DNA of 64,000 nt from an uncultured Acidobacteriota bacterium. Lineage in GTDB: Bacteria; Acidobacteriota; Thermoanaerobaculia; Multivoradales; UBA5704. Positions 39,752 through 49,842 of the stretch are shown one piece after another. Position 1 is the stretch's first letter. Each line of letters begins with the position of its first letter. The position numbers and the translations under genes were made by a program. Below the pieces are notes generated by a model, which was not told the origin of the DNA, ran no database searches, and worked only from the letters and a program-made list of their open reading frames with translations. Location: assembly GCA_963770895.1 (NCBI GenBank), contig CAVYRF010000001.1, forward strand, positions 768,001-832,000, given 5' to 3'.

Positions 39752-41098
39752 TTGAACGAGCGGGCGGACCCTTCAGATTCACGGCGGGGGCCTCGCCCCG
39801 GCCGTTCGCTGGCGCACGCGTGGCGGGCGCTGCGATCGCGCAACTTCAAGCTGTTCTTTGCCGGCCAGACCATCTCGGTGATCGGCAACTGGATGACGCG
39901 GCTGGCGACAACGTGGCTGGTCTATCACCTGACCCGTTCGGCGCTGCTGCTGGGCATCGTTACCTTTGCGGGACAGATCGTCACCTTCCTGCTGGCGCCG
40001 TTTGCCGGCGTCCTGGTCGAGCGCTTCGATCGCCGCAAGCTCCTGGTGTGGACGCAGGCGGGCGGCGCCGTGCAGTCGCTGGCGCTGGCCGCCCTGACCC
40101 TGGCGCACGTCATCAACCTGCGCGAGATCGTCGCGCTGACGGCATTGCAAGGATTGATCAACGCGTTCGACATGCCCGGCCGGCAGTCGTTCCTGGTGCA
40201 GATGGTCGACGATCGCGACGACCTGAGCAATGCCATCGCCATCAACTCTTCGATGGCCAACGGTGCGCGGCTGATCGGGCCGGCCATCGCCGGCCTGGTC
40301 ATCGGCGCCGTCGGCGAAGGCTGGTGCTTTCTGATCGACGGCCTCAGCTACTTCGCGGTGATCGCATCGCTGCTGTCGATGCGGATCAAACCTTTGCAAA
40401 GCCACATCCATACGGCCGGCATGCTGGCGCAGGTGCGCGAAGGTTGGAACTACGTCCGCGGCTTCCGTCCCATCCGCTCGATCCTGCTGCTCTTTGCGCT
40501 GCTCAGCCTGATGGGACACCCCTATGCGGTGCTGATGCCGATCTTCGCCGGCCAGGTGCTGCACGGCGACGCCTCCACCCTCGGCTGGCTGATGGGGGCC
40601 ACGGGAGCGGGCGCGCTGGTGTCGGCGCTGTCGCTCGCGGTGCGCAGGTCGGTCGTCGCCCTGCCGCGCATGGTGCAGATCGCGGCGACGATGTTCGGCG
40701 CCGCGCTCATGCTCTTCGGCCTGTCGCACGCGCTGTGGCTGTCGCTCCTGCTGATGCCCTTCGTCGGCTTCGGCATGATGCAGAGCGCCTCCGCCAGCAA
40801 TACCATCATCCAGTCCCTGGTCACCGAAGACAAACGCGCGCGCGTGATGAGCTATTACACCATGGCCTTCTTCGGCGCCGCCCCTTTCGGCAGCCTGCTG
40901 GCCGGCGCCCTGGCCCACCGCATCGGCGCCCCCCACACCGTCATCCTGACCGGCGCCGTGTGCGTCGCGGGATCGCTGTGGTTCTCCCTGGAGCTGCCCA
41001 AAATCCACGCCGCCCTGGGGCCGCTCGATCACCAGCAAGGCCCGCTGCCCGCGCTCATCCCGGACCTGGTCTCCGACCAGCCCGAACCGACGATCTGA
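39752..41098 (+). CDS. MFS transporter (start approximate)
   Basis: ALRSRNFKLFFAGQ, ERFDRRKLL and FDMPGRQS; about 12 hydrophobic segments. Confidence 0.92.
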   Translation: MNERADPSDSRRGPRPGRSLAHAWRALRSRNFKLFFAGQTISVIGNWMTRLATTWLVYHLTRSALLLGIVTFAGQIVTFLLAPFAGVLVERFDRRKLLVWTQAGGAVQSLALAALTLAHVINLREIVALTALQGLINAFDMPGRQSFLVQMVDDRDDLSNAIAINSSMANGARLIGPAIAGLVIGAVGEGWCFLIDGLSYFAVIASLLSMRIKPLQSHIHTAGMLAQVREGWNYVRGFRPIRSILLLFALLSLMGHPYAVLMPIFAGQVLHGDASTLGWLMGATGAGALVSALSLAVRRSVVALPRMVQIAATMFGAALMLFGLSHALWLSLLLMPFVGFGMMQSASASNTIIQSLVTEDKRARVMSYYTMAFFGAAPFGSLLAGALAHRIGAPHTVILTGAVCVAGSLWFSLELPKIHAALGPLDHQQGPLPALIPDLVSDQPEPTI

Positions 41099-42413
41099 CC
41101 GGCCGCTCGCGGCCTCATTTCCTGGTGCCCCCGCCTGTTGCGCCTCCCTGGCGTTCACGCGCGCCACCGTCCGTGCCGGCAGGTACGCGGCGCTCAGCCC
41201 CAGGGCGAGCAGCAGCAGGTAGCCGCTGGTATTCAACTTAGTATATTTAGCGCAGTTGGTGATATGGTTTCCCCACAAAGCGCCACGGGTTCTGGTGCAC
41301 GCGGGCGGGAGTGCCTGCGACGTGGTCGTCCACCTGACGGGGTGCCTGGAAGATGGCGATCCCGACTACCTGATCGAGTACGGCTACGCCACCTACGGCT
41401 GCGGCGACAGCACCTGCTGAGTGGCCGATCCGCCCCGGTGCTCTGTGATTTGAGTGGCCGGTTATGCCCTGGTTGGCGTCCCTGGCCGGCTGCGCCCGGC
41501 CTTGTACAGCCGGCCGGGCGCCGGCCACCCAGCAACGCCACGCTACCCGGTCGGGGTCAGGGACAGGTCGCCAGGGCGCTGGTGTCCTGCACCGGTTGCA
41601 GCGGCGTATTCTGGCGCTGAAGGTCGTTGCTTTCCGCAGTCCGCTCCAGCTGGCCGAGCGCCCGTCGCACCCGATCCAGCGCCGCCACCTCGCGCTGGGC
41701 GGCATGCCAGGCCCGGGAAGGGCTTGCCCGCCCAATCTCCTTCGATTCCTTTGCCTCGCGCGCACCACGGCCCCCGTGCGCTTCTCACTCCGGGCCACAA
41801 CGCCAAAGCCATCCACCTGCCCCACCAGGACCGTTGCCCCCTCGACCGCGCACTCGCCAAACCCTGAGCCCGCGGTGCGCGCTCGGGCAACAACCTAGCC
41901 CTTCGAACAGAAACCGCACCGGCTTGCCCTTCCTCACCCACCCAGCTGGCGCACTCCTTTCCGTCACGCCTCGCCCCCCGCCGCCGCAACGCGCTTTCCG
42001 CCCCCACTCCCACCGCCGCCGGCCTGCCGCCCACACGCCTCCTCGCACAACGCAGGCCCCACGCTCCGAAGGAGTGGAAAGAACGCTCGGGCGAGCGCTC
42101 GCCGTACCTGCGAGCGCCCTTCATTGAGGAGCACTCGCCCGCATGCCCACGTCACCAACCGTGGGTTCCTGCGCAACGTCCGGCCGAAGCCACGGTCGTC
42201 GGCTACGGCGCGATCACCGACCGCGAAACGCGCGAACGCCACCGACCTTGGCGAAGCTCCCGGCATCCTTCCGACTTCCTTCTCCGCCATCTCTTGCCCA
42301 TCGGCCTCATCATGCACAAGGCCGACCTCGGGCGGCTCCGCGCTGATGCGAGCTGCAAACAGCGGGACCTCCGGCTCGAAGGCCGCGGACGCGGGTGCAA
42401 TACACTCCAGTGT

Positions 42414-44558
42414 ATGGGTCGCTCCCGATTGGCTCGCCTGGTGCCGCTCGCGGTGGGTACCGCGCTTCTGGTGCTGCTGGCGATCCTCGGCACCCTGCAG
42501 TACCGCTGGATCGGGCAGGTCAGCATCCTGGAAAGCCAGCGCCTGCGCGCCGCCCTCTTCAGCGCCGGGGCGGCGTTCGCGGAAGACTTCGACCATGAGG
42601 TGACGCGAGCCTTCGTCTTGTTCCGGCCCCCGGCGCCGGCAGCTGAGGCGGCAGCGCCGATGGCGATGTCGGTGCCGGAGGTAGCGGCGGCGCCGGTGGC
42701 TCCAGCAGCGCAAGCGCTGGCGGCCGCCGGGCCGGATGCGCAGCTGGCGGCGCGGGTGGCCCGCCAGTACGCCGCCTGGCGGGCGGAAGCCCCGTTCCCG
42801 GAGCTGATTCGCGACATTTTCTACGTCGACGTCGATCCTGGCGCTGTCGGCGGCGCTGCCGGTGGCGCGGCGAACGCGCCCGCCCTGGCGATCCTCCAGG
42901 GCTCGCCGCCGCGCTTCGTGGCGGCGGCGTGGCCGCCGGAGCTGGCGGACTTGCGGCGCCGGCTGGGGCGGCTGGGGCAGCTGGGCGATCGCGGCGGCGA
43001 CGGCGGCGGGCGCGGCGGTGCCTTCCTGCCGCCGGTCGCGCCCGACGTACCGGGCCTGCTGATCCCGGCCTGGTGGCGCGCTGCCGGCGGCGCGGTCGAT
43101 GCGGGCGGCCGCCGGCCGGCGCCGCTGCCAGGCGGCTACCTCATCGTGCGGTTCGACGCCGCGGCCATCTCGTCGGAGATCCTGCCGGAGCTGACCCGCC
43201 GGCACTTTGGCAGCCTCAAGGGCCTCCACGATGCGGTCGCCGTCGTCGAGAACACCGAGAGCGCCGGGAGCGCCGAGAACGCCGAGCGCGTTGCAGGCGT
43301 TGCAAGCGGCGCGAGCGTCCCGGGCAGCGACGCGAACGTTTCCGGCGCCGCGGGCGCACACCCGCGGCCCCACGTGGTATTTCTGTCCGACGCGACCCTC
43401 CCGGCTGACGACGTCCGCGCCGGCGACCTGGCGCTGCCGATGTTCGCCGTGCGCCACGTTACCGACCATGGCACCGCCGCCGCGGTGGCGGAGTCCGGCG
43501 TGCCTCCGAGGCACCAACCCCCTCCCGCGGCAGCCGATGCGCTCCACGGCACGCCGCCGGTTGCAGCCCACCATGGCGAGCGGCACCGCGACCCGGGAGC
43601 TGGCCACATGCGGGCCGACGGCATGGACCAGCTCTTCGGGGGGCCGCAAGGGCCGCCGGGGCAAGGGCAGGGGCCGCAAGGACAGCGGGGGCCGCGGGGG
43701 GCCTGGACCCTGGTGGTGCGGCGGCGCGGCGGGTCGCTCGACGAAATGGTGGCGGCATTCCGCCGGCGCAACCTGGCGATCGGCGCCGGGATCGTGGCGC
43801 TGGCGGCGGTGACCACGGCGTTGATGACGATCGCCACGCAGCGCGCCCAGCGCCTGGCGCGCCAGCAGATGGAGTTCGTGGCCGCGGTGACGCACGAGCT
43901 GAACACGCCGCTGACGGCGATCCGCTCGGCGGGGCAGAACCTGGCGGACGGGGTGGTGGCCGAGCCGGCGCAGGTGCGGCGCTACGGCGACCTGATCCTG
44001 GGCGAAGGGCGGCGGCTCTCGCGGCTGGTGTCGCAGGTGCTCGACTACGCCGGCATCGAGTCGGGGCGCCAGGCGTACGCCCTGCAACCGACGGCGGTGG
44101 GGGAGGCGGTGGCCGGCGCGCTGGAGGACTGCCGGGCGCTTCTCGCCGAGCGGCGGGCGCGGGTCGAAAGCGATCTTGACCCGCGGCTGCCGGCGGTCGT
44201 GGCGGACCCGGCGGCGTTGCGCCGGGCGCTGCGCAACCTGGTCGAAAACGCCGCCAAGTACGGCGGCCCGGACCCCTGGATCGGCATCCTGGCGCGGCAC
44301 GCGGGCGGCGAGGTGGCGATCACGGTCGAAGACCACGGCCCCGGCATCCGCCGCGAGGACCTGCCGCACCTGTTCGAGCCGTTCTTCCGCAGCCGCCAGG
44401 CGGGCGCCGACACGCCGCCCGGCAGCGGCCTGGGCCTTAGCGTGGTCAGCCGCATCGCGCGGGCGCACCGCGGGCGGGTGACCTGCGCCAGCGGCGGCGG
44501 GCGGCGCGGCAGCGCCTTCACCCTGCACCTGCCGGCGGCGGTGGAGAAGCCGACGTGA
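42414..44558 (+). CDS. Membrane sensor histidine kinase
   Basis: Two TM helices; VTHELNTPL H-box; NLVENAAKY, DHGPG and GSGLGL. Confidence 0.93.
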   Translation: MGRSRLARLVPLAVGTALLVLLAILGTLQYRWIGQVSILESQRLRAALFSAGAAFAEDFDHEVTRAFVLFRPPAPAAEAAAPMAMSVPEVAAAPVAPAAQALAAAGPDAQLAARVARQYAAWRAEAPFPELIRDIFYVDVDPGAVGGAAGGAANAPALAILQGSPPRFVAAAWPPELADLRRRLGRLGQLGDRGGDGGGRGGAFLPPVAPDVPGLLIPAWWRAAGGAVDAGGRRPAPLPGGYLIVRFDAAAISSEILPELTRRHFGSLKGLHDAVAVVENTESAGSAENAERVAGVASGASVPGSDANVSGAAGAHPRPHVVFLSDATLPADDVRAGDLALPMFAVRHVTDHGTAAAVAESGVPPRHQPPPAAADALHGTPPVAAHHGERHRDPGAGHMRADGMDQLFGGPQGPPGQGQGPQGQRGPRGAWTLVVRRRGGSLDEMVAAFRRRNLAIGAGIVALAAVTTALMTIATQRAQRLARQQMEFVAAVTHELNTPLTAIRSAGQNLADGVVAEPAQVRRYGDLILGEGRRLSRLVSQVLDYAGIESGRQAYALQPTAVGEAVAGALEDCRALLAERRARVESDLDPRLPAVVADPAALRRALRNLVENAAKYGGPDPWIGILARHAGGEVAITVEDHGPGIRREDLPHLFEPFFRSRQAGADTPPGSGLGLSVVSRIARAHRGRVTCASGGGRRGSAFTLHLPAAVEKPT

Positions 44559-45271
44559 GCGAGCACCCCGCCGCCGCCGCGGCGCCGGTGCGCCGCATCC
44601 TGCTGGTCGAGGACGAAGCGAGCCTGGTGCTCACCCTGGCCGACCGGCTGCTCGCTGAAGGGTACGCGGTCGATACGGCGCGCGACGGTCGAGCGGGCGT
44701 CGCGGCGGCGCTCGCCAACTCCTACGACCTGGTGCTGCTCGACGTGATGCTGCCCGGACAGGACGGCTTCTCGGTCTGCCGCGAGCTGCGCCAGCGCGGC
44801 TTCGAGATCCCCATCGTCATGCTGACCGCGCGCGGCCAGGTGGTCGATCGCGTGGTGGGGCTGCGGCTGGGCGCCGACGACTACGTGACCAAGCCGTTCG
44901 AGATGATGGAGCTGCTGGCGCGCATCGAAGCCCTGCTGCGGCGCTCGCGCACCTTTGGCGCGGCGGCGGCCGGGACCTATGCTTTCGGCGAGGTGCGGGT
45001 GGACTTCCGCCGCGGCGAGGTGTTCCGCGCCGATCGGCCGGTGCCGCTGTCGGCCCTGGAGTTCAAGCTGCTGGCCTATTTTGTCCAGCACCGCGGCGAG
45101 CTGCTGTCGCGCCAGGAGCTGCTGGACAAGGTCTGGGGCTACCAGGCGACGCCCACCACGCGCACCGTGGACGTGCACGTCGGGTCGCTGCGGCAGAAGC
45201 TGGAGCGCAATCCGCGCCGCCCCGAGCTCATCCTGACCGCGCACCGGCGGGGCTACCGCTTCGACGGCTGA
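44555..45271 (+). CDS. OmpR-family response regulator
   Basis: LVEDE, LLDVMLP, GADDYVTKPF and TRTVDVHV..LRQKLE..GYRF. Confidence 0.96.
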   Translation: MSEHPAAAAAPVRRILLVEDEASLVLTLADRLLAEGYAVDTARDGRAGVAAALANSYDLVLLDVMLPGQDGFSVCRELRQRGFEIPIVMLTARGQVVDRVVGLRLGADDYVTKPFEMMELLARIEALLRRSRTFGAAAAGTYAFGEVRVDFRRGEVFRADRPVPLSALEFKLLAYFVQHRGELLSRQELLDKVWGYQATPTTRTVDVHVGSLRQKLERNPRRPELILTAHRRGYRFDG

Positions 45272-45417
45272 GGTCCGTCCCGTCCGGCCCCGTCGCCTTT
45301 ACATTTCTTGCAAATAAATTTCGGCGTCTTGCGGACGGCTCGCCGCCGCGTGCCATAGTCTCTGCGTGACGGGTCCGCCAAGGACCCGGTTTGAGCCTGA
45401 AAAAGGAGAAGACCCTC

Positions 45418-45888
45418 ATGCAGAAGAAAACCATCCGCACCTTCACGCTGGGCCTGGCGGCCGCGGCCTTGCTGGTCTCCGTCGCGTTTGCCCAGGGCCC
45501 CGGCCCCGGCGGCCACGGTCCCGGCGGTCACGGCAGCATGCTGGACCACCTGGTCACCGCCCTCAACCTGACCGCCGCGCAGAAGGTGACGGCGACCCAG
45601 CTGCACAGCGACATGGTCACCAAGTCGATGCCCCTCATGCAGCAGAGCCATCAGCAGTGGACCGAGCTCCACACGCTGCTCGAAGGCGCCAACCCGGATG
45701 CCACCGAGCTGGGCCAGAAGCTCATCGCCGCCCATGCCACGGAGACCCAGCTCAAAGCGCTGCACGACAACTTCGTCACCCAGCTGAGCGCCATCCTGAC
45801 CGCCGACCAGAAGGCCACGCTCACCCAGATGGAGCAGAAGCACCAGCAGATGAACGCCGACGGCCCGCACGGCCCCGCCGGAATGTAG
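45418..45888 (+). CDS. Spy/CpxP family periplasmic chaperone
   Basis: Signal peptide ending AFA; two LTxxQ motifs (LNLTAAQ, ILTADQ); RBS AAGGAG. Confidence 0.88.
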   Translation: MQKKTIRTFTLGLAAAALLVSVAFAQGPGPGGHGPGGHGSMLDHLVTALNLTAAQKVTATQLHSDMVTKSMPLMQQSHQQWTELHTLLEGANPDATELGQKLIAAHATETQLKALHDNFVTQLSAILTADQKATLTQMEQKHQQMNADGPHGPAGM

Positions 45889-46047
45889 CCCGCCGGCCGG
45901 CACCCCGCCGGCCGCCCGGATGGTCACGCCGCTCCGCCCGGCCGGGTTGCCATGCAGCGCATCCGCATGGCAGCTCACCGGGCGGAACGCTGTCTGCCCT
46001 GAGCCATGTCATGATCGCGGCAGGGCTCCCGCGGTCAAGCGATGACG

Positions 46048-46512
46048 ATGAAGATCTGGATCGATGCGGACGCGGCGCCGCGCGACGTCAAGGACGTGGT
46101 CTTCCGGGCCGCGTTGCGGCTCGGCATCGAGGCGGTGCTGGTGGCCAACCAGCCGCTGTCGCCGCCGCCGGGAAACGGCCGCGTCTCGGTGGTGCGCGTG
46201 GCGGGCGGGCCGGACGTGGCGGACCGCTACATCGCCGAGCATGCGGCGGCGGGCGACCTGGCGGTGACCGCGGACATCCCCCTGGCCGCCCGGCTGGTCG
46301 AAAAGCAGGTCATGGCGATCGATCCGCGCGGCGACGAATATTCGGCGGAGAACGTGGCCGACCGCCTGGCGTCGCGCGATCTGCTGGCAGGGCTGCGTGA
46401 CGCGGGGCTGCCGATCGGCGGGCCGCGCGCCTACGGAACGCGCGACCGGCAGGCGTTTGCCGCGACCCTGGACCGCCTGCTGACCCGCGCCAGGCGCGGC
46501 GGGGTGATATAA
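46048..46512 (+). CDS. YaiI/YqxD family protein (UPF0178)
   Basis: MKIWIDADA, DVADRYI, VTADIPLAA and DPRG. Confidence 0.92.
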   Translation: MKIWIDADAAPRDVKDVVFRAALRLGIEAVLVANQPLSPPPGNGRVSVVRVAGGPDVADRYIAEHAAAGDLAVTADIPLAARLVEKQVMAIDPRGDEYSAENVADRLASRDLLAGLRDAGLPIGGPRAYGTRDRQAFAATLDRLLTRARRGGVI

Positions 46513-46519
46513 GCGGGCC

Positions 46520-48331
46520 ATGACGGAAACGCAACAGGACGCCGCTCCTGCCAACGCCTTCGCGGCTCTCGGCCTCAACCAGGGACTTGTCCAATCGCTG
46601 GCCGACGTCGGCTACGAAGCGCCCACGCCGATCCAATCGGCGGCGATCCCGCCGCTGCTGGCCGGCCGCGACCTGATCGGCCAGGCGCAGACGGGGACCG
46701 GCAAGACGGCGGCTTTCGGCCTGCCGATGCTGCAGGCCATCGATCCGGAGGCGGCGCACGTGCAGGGCCTGGTGCTGGTGCCGACGCGCGAGCTGGCAAT
46801 CCAGGTGGCCGAAGCGCTGCACACCTACGGCAGGCATCTCAAGGGAGTGGTGGTGCTGCCGGTCTACGGCGGGCAATCGCTCGACGAGCAGCAGCGGCGC
46901 CTGCAGCGCAAGGTGCACATCGTCGTCGGCACGCCGGGGCGCGTCATGGACCATCTGCGGCGCGGCGCCCTGCGCCTGGGCCAGCTGCGCATGGCGGTGC
47001 TCGACGAAGCCGACGAGATGCTGCGCATGGGCTTCCTGGAGGACGTGGAATGGATCCTGGCGCAGACGCCGCCCTCTTCGGCCGGCCGCCAGACGGCGCT
47101 CTTTTCGGCCACCATGCCGCCCGAGGTGCGGCGCATCGCGCAGAGTCACCTGACCGACCCCCTGCAGATCGCGCTCGAATCGAAGGCGCTCACCGTGCCC
47201 GCGGTGGAGCAGAAGTACCTGCTGGTGTCGCAGCAGCAGAAGTTCGACAGCCTGACCCACCTGCTCGAAACCGAATCGATCGAAGCGGTGCTGGTCTTCA
47301 CCCGCACCAAGACCGCGGCGGCGCAGGTGGCCGAACGCCTGGAGGCGCGCGGCTACTCGGTGGCCGCCCTGCACGGCGACATGACCCAGCCGCTGCGCGA
47401 GCGGGTGCTGGAGCGGCTGCACAAGGGCACCGTCGAAATCGTCGTCGCCACCGACGTCGCCGCCCGCGGCCTGGACGTGGAACGGATCACCCACGTCATC
47501 AACTACGACGTTCCCAACGACGTGGACGCCTACGTCCATCGCATCGGCCGCACCGCCCGCGGCGGCCGCAGCGGCACCGCCGTCCTCTTCGTCACCCCGC
47601 GCGAGCGCCGCATGCTGCACGAGATCGAGCGCCACACCGGCATGGTCATCGCGCCGATGCGCATGCCCACCTCGGCCGACATCGCCGCCCGCCGCACCGA
47701 GCTGCTCAAGGAAGACCTCCGCAAGACCCTGGAGCAGGGCGACCTGGATCTCTATCTGGCCGTCGTCGAAGAGCTGGTGGAAGAGGGCTTCGACATCGCC
47801 GAAGTCGCCGCCGCCGCGGCAGCCCTCTCCCGCCGCGACCGGCCCCTGGCGCTGCCGCCGATGCCCGCCACGCCGCGCGACTTCGCGTCGGACGACGGCT
47901 ACCGCGGCGGCTCCGGTTCAGGCACCGGCGCCGGTGGCACCGCCACGGGCACCGGCATGGTGCGCCTGTTCTTCAACTCCGGATCGCAAAACGGCGTCCG
48001 CCCGGCCGACATCGTCGGCGCCATCGCCAACGAGGCCGGCGTCTCGGGCAAGGAGATCGGCGCCATCGACATCCACGAGCGCTTCTCGCTGGTCGAAGTG
48101 CCGCAGCGCCTGCACAAGAAAATCCTGGAGCGCATGGCCGGCGCGTCGCTGCGCGGGCGCACCCTGCAGATCCGCATCGCCGACACCGGTCCCGCCGCCC
48201 GCGCCACCCGTCCCCCGAGCGCCGCCCAAGGCGCCGACCGTTCCCACCGCGCGCAGCGTGCGACGCCGGCCGCCGGCCTGTCCGCTCACCGCCCGAAGAC
48301 GAAGGCGCCCAAACCGCCAAAGCCGCGGTGA
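46520..48331 (+). CDS. deaD: DEAD-box RNA helicase (DeaD/CsdA type with DbpA RNA-binding domain)
   Basis: AQTGTGKT, PTRELA, LDEADEML, SAT and HRIGRTAR; C-terminal RPADIVGAIANE. Confidence 0.9.
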   Translation: MTETQQDAAPANAFAALGLNQGLVQSLADVGYEAPTPIQSAAIPPLLAGRDLIGQAQTGTGKTAAFGLPMLQAIDPEAAHVQGLVLVPTRELAIQVAEALHTYGRHLKGVVVLPVYGGQSLDEQQRRLQRKVHIVVGTPGRVMDHLRRGALRLGQLRMAVLDEADEMLRMGFLEDVEWILAQTPPSSAGRQTALFSATMPPEVRRIAQSHLTDPLQIALESKALTVPAVEQKYLLVSQQQKFDSLTHLLETESIEAVLVFTRTKTAAAQVAERLEARGYSVAALHGDMTQPLRERVLERLHKGTVEIVVATDVAARGLDVERITHVINYDVPNDVDAYVHRIGRTARGGRSGTAVLFVTPRERRMLHEIERHTGMVIAPMRMPTSADIAARRTELLKEDLRKTLEQGDLDLYLAVVEELVEEGFDIAEVAAAAAALSRRDRPLALPPMPATPRDFASDDGYRGGSGSGTGAGGTATGTGMVRLFFNSGSQNGVRPADIVGAIANEAGVSGKEIGAIDIHERFSLVEVPQRLHKKILERMAGASLRGRTLQIRIADTGPAARATRPPSAAQGADRSHRAQRATPAAGLSAHRPKTKAPKPPKPR

Positions 48332-48355
48332 TCGCACCTGGGTTTCATTCCTAAG

Positions 48356-48637
48356 TTGCCACTCTGCCGCGTCACCCTGCGAGGACGTAAATCCAGGGTC
48401 GCCGGCTATCCCGAGAACCCCAAGACCTTGGGTGAGCACCTCCGCCGGGCGCGCCTAGCTGGACCGGGGGCCTCTCGCAGCGGAAGGTGGCAGCGGCGAT
48501 CGGTTGCCACCACGCCTCGCTCCTCAATTGCGGCCGGAGAGAGCCCAAGCCGCGCCACCTCCCTGGCATCCTCCGCTTCCTGGGCTACGACCTGTGGCCC
48601 GGTCTATCCTTGCTCAGCCGCCCTGAGGAGTGCATGA
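48356..48637 (+). pseudogene. Frameshifted XRE-family HTH regulator, N-terminal part
   Basis: YPENPKTLGEHLRRARL in one frame continues as GLSQRKVAAAIG..EPKPRHLPGILRFLGYD in another. Confidence 0.65.
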
Positions 48638-48788
48638 TGGGCTTGCCGTATGGAGGGAGGGTGGGGGGGGGGGAAGCACGAACCCTGCCTGCCTCGACCT
48701 AATCGGAGGTAAACCTGCCCGCCCCAGCAAGTACAATTGGTGGCGCGGTGGCCCAGGACAGCTGGGCGCTGGTCACGGAGGCAAAGCG

Positions 48789-49028
48789 ATGGAGCGTGCC
48801 GCATGGCAGCACAGGGTGGTGGCAGACCCCGCTGTGCACCATGGAGAACCGTGCATCCGCGGGACGCGGATTCCGGTGCGTATCGTTGTAGGCAGCCTTG
48901 CGGACGGCTACTCGGCCGATCAGATCATCGCTGAGTACCCTCAGCTGACGCGCGAAGACATCCAAAGCTCCCTGGCCTACGCAGCCGAGGTGCTGCACCA
49001 GGAGAGCATGGTCCCACTGGTTCAGTAG
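48789..49028 (+). CDS. DUF433 family protein (putative antitoxin)
   Basis: DPAVHHGEPCIRGTRIPV..EYPQLTREDI..LAYA. Confidence 0.92.
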   Translation: MERAAWQHRVVADPAVHHGEPCIRGTRIPVRIVVGSLADGYSADQIIAEYPQLTREDIQSSLAYAAEVLHQESMVPLVQ

Positions 49029-49037
49029 GCCCCTGGC

Positions 49038-49418
49038 GTGCGCATCAAGGTAGACGAGGACCTCCCGCGCGCCGTCACGGCGCTGCTCGTAACAGCCGGC
49101 TACGCGGACACGAAGTCGGTGACGGACCAGCGCATGGGTGGCTGGCCTGATACAACCCTGTGGGAAGCGGTGCAGAAGGAAAGCCGCTTTCTCGTCACTG
49201 CCGACAAAGGTTTCGCCGATGTGCGCTCGCACCCGCCCGGCGGGCACGCCGGAGTGCTGCTCCTGCGCCCCGATGCTGACGGCCTTCAGCCGCTGATCGA
49301 CCTTCTGCAGCGAGTTCTGGCTGCCGGAAATATCTCGACCCTCGAGGGCACGGTCAGCGTCGCGACTCCCAGAGGTGTGAGAACTCGTTGGCAAGCGCCA
49401 CCCGAGGGGAAGCGCTGA
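49038..49418 (+). CDS. DUF5615 / Mut7-C-like PIN-domain protein (putative toxin)
   Basis: IKVDEDLP, D..LW, LVTADKGF and HAGVLLLR; paired with DUF433. Confidence 0.88.
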   Translation: MRIKVDEDLPRAVTALLVTAGYADTKSVTDQRMGGWPDTTLWEAVQKESRFLVTADKGFADVRSHPPGGHAGVLLLRPDADGLQPLIDLLQRVLAAGNISTLEGTVSVATPRGVRTRWQAPPEGKR

Positions 49419-49583
49419 GCACCTGCGCCGGCCCAAGCGTCAATTACCCTTCATAAGTCATGCGCTTAGGGACCGAATCGCTCGACACGCTGGCCGCCTG
49501 GGAGCAAGGCGAGATGAGCCCGGAATATTCGCGGACCTGGTGGGTCTTCGAACGCTACCTGGCTTCGGTAGAAGGTGGGCCGG

Positions 49584-49772
49584 TCAGCCGTCGAGGAAGA
49601 ACGTGATCGGCTTCCCGTATAGCTTCGCGAACTCCTGAAGCTCGGTGGGGTCGATGCGCCGCTCGCCGGTCTCCACCTTGGAGACGAAGGACTGCGGCTT
49701 CTTGAAGTGCTTCGCGACCGCCTCCTGGGTGAGGCCGGCCGCTTCCCTGGCCTCCCGCAGCCGCTCGCGCAT
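49584..49772 (-). CDS. XRE-family HTH protein; the natural N-terminus (SIHTPEY) appears cut off from its ATG by a frameshift
   Basis: LREAREAAGLTQ..PQSFVSKVETGERRID. Confidence 0.8.
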   Translation of the reverse strand: MRERLREAREAAGLTQEAVAKHFKKPQSFVSKVETGERRIDPTELQEFAKLYGKPITFFLDG

Positions 49773-49842
49773 CCGCGTGTACTCGGGGGTGTGGATGCTT
49801 CATGGTAACGGGGGCCTTCCGCTTCTCGCCTCGCACCTCAGT

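Noticed and set aside
41450-42080. Several ORFs on both strands in the MFS-kinase intergenic region
   Set aside because: No motifs, weak codon bias and no RBS; cannot be supported as genes
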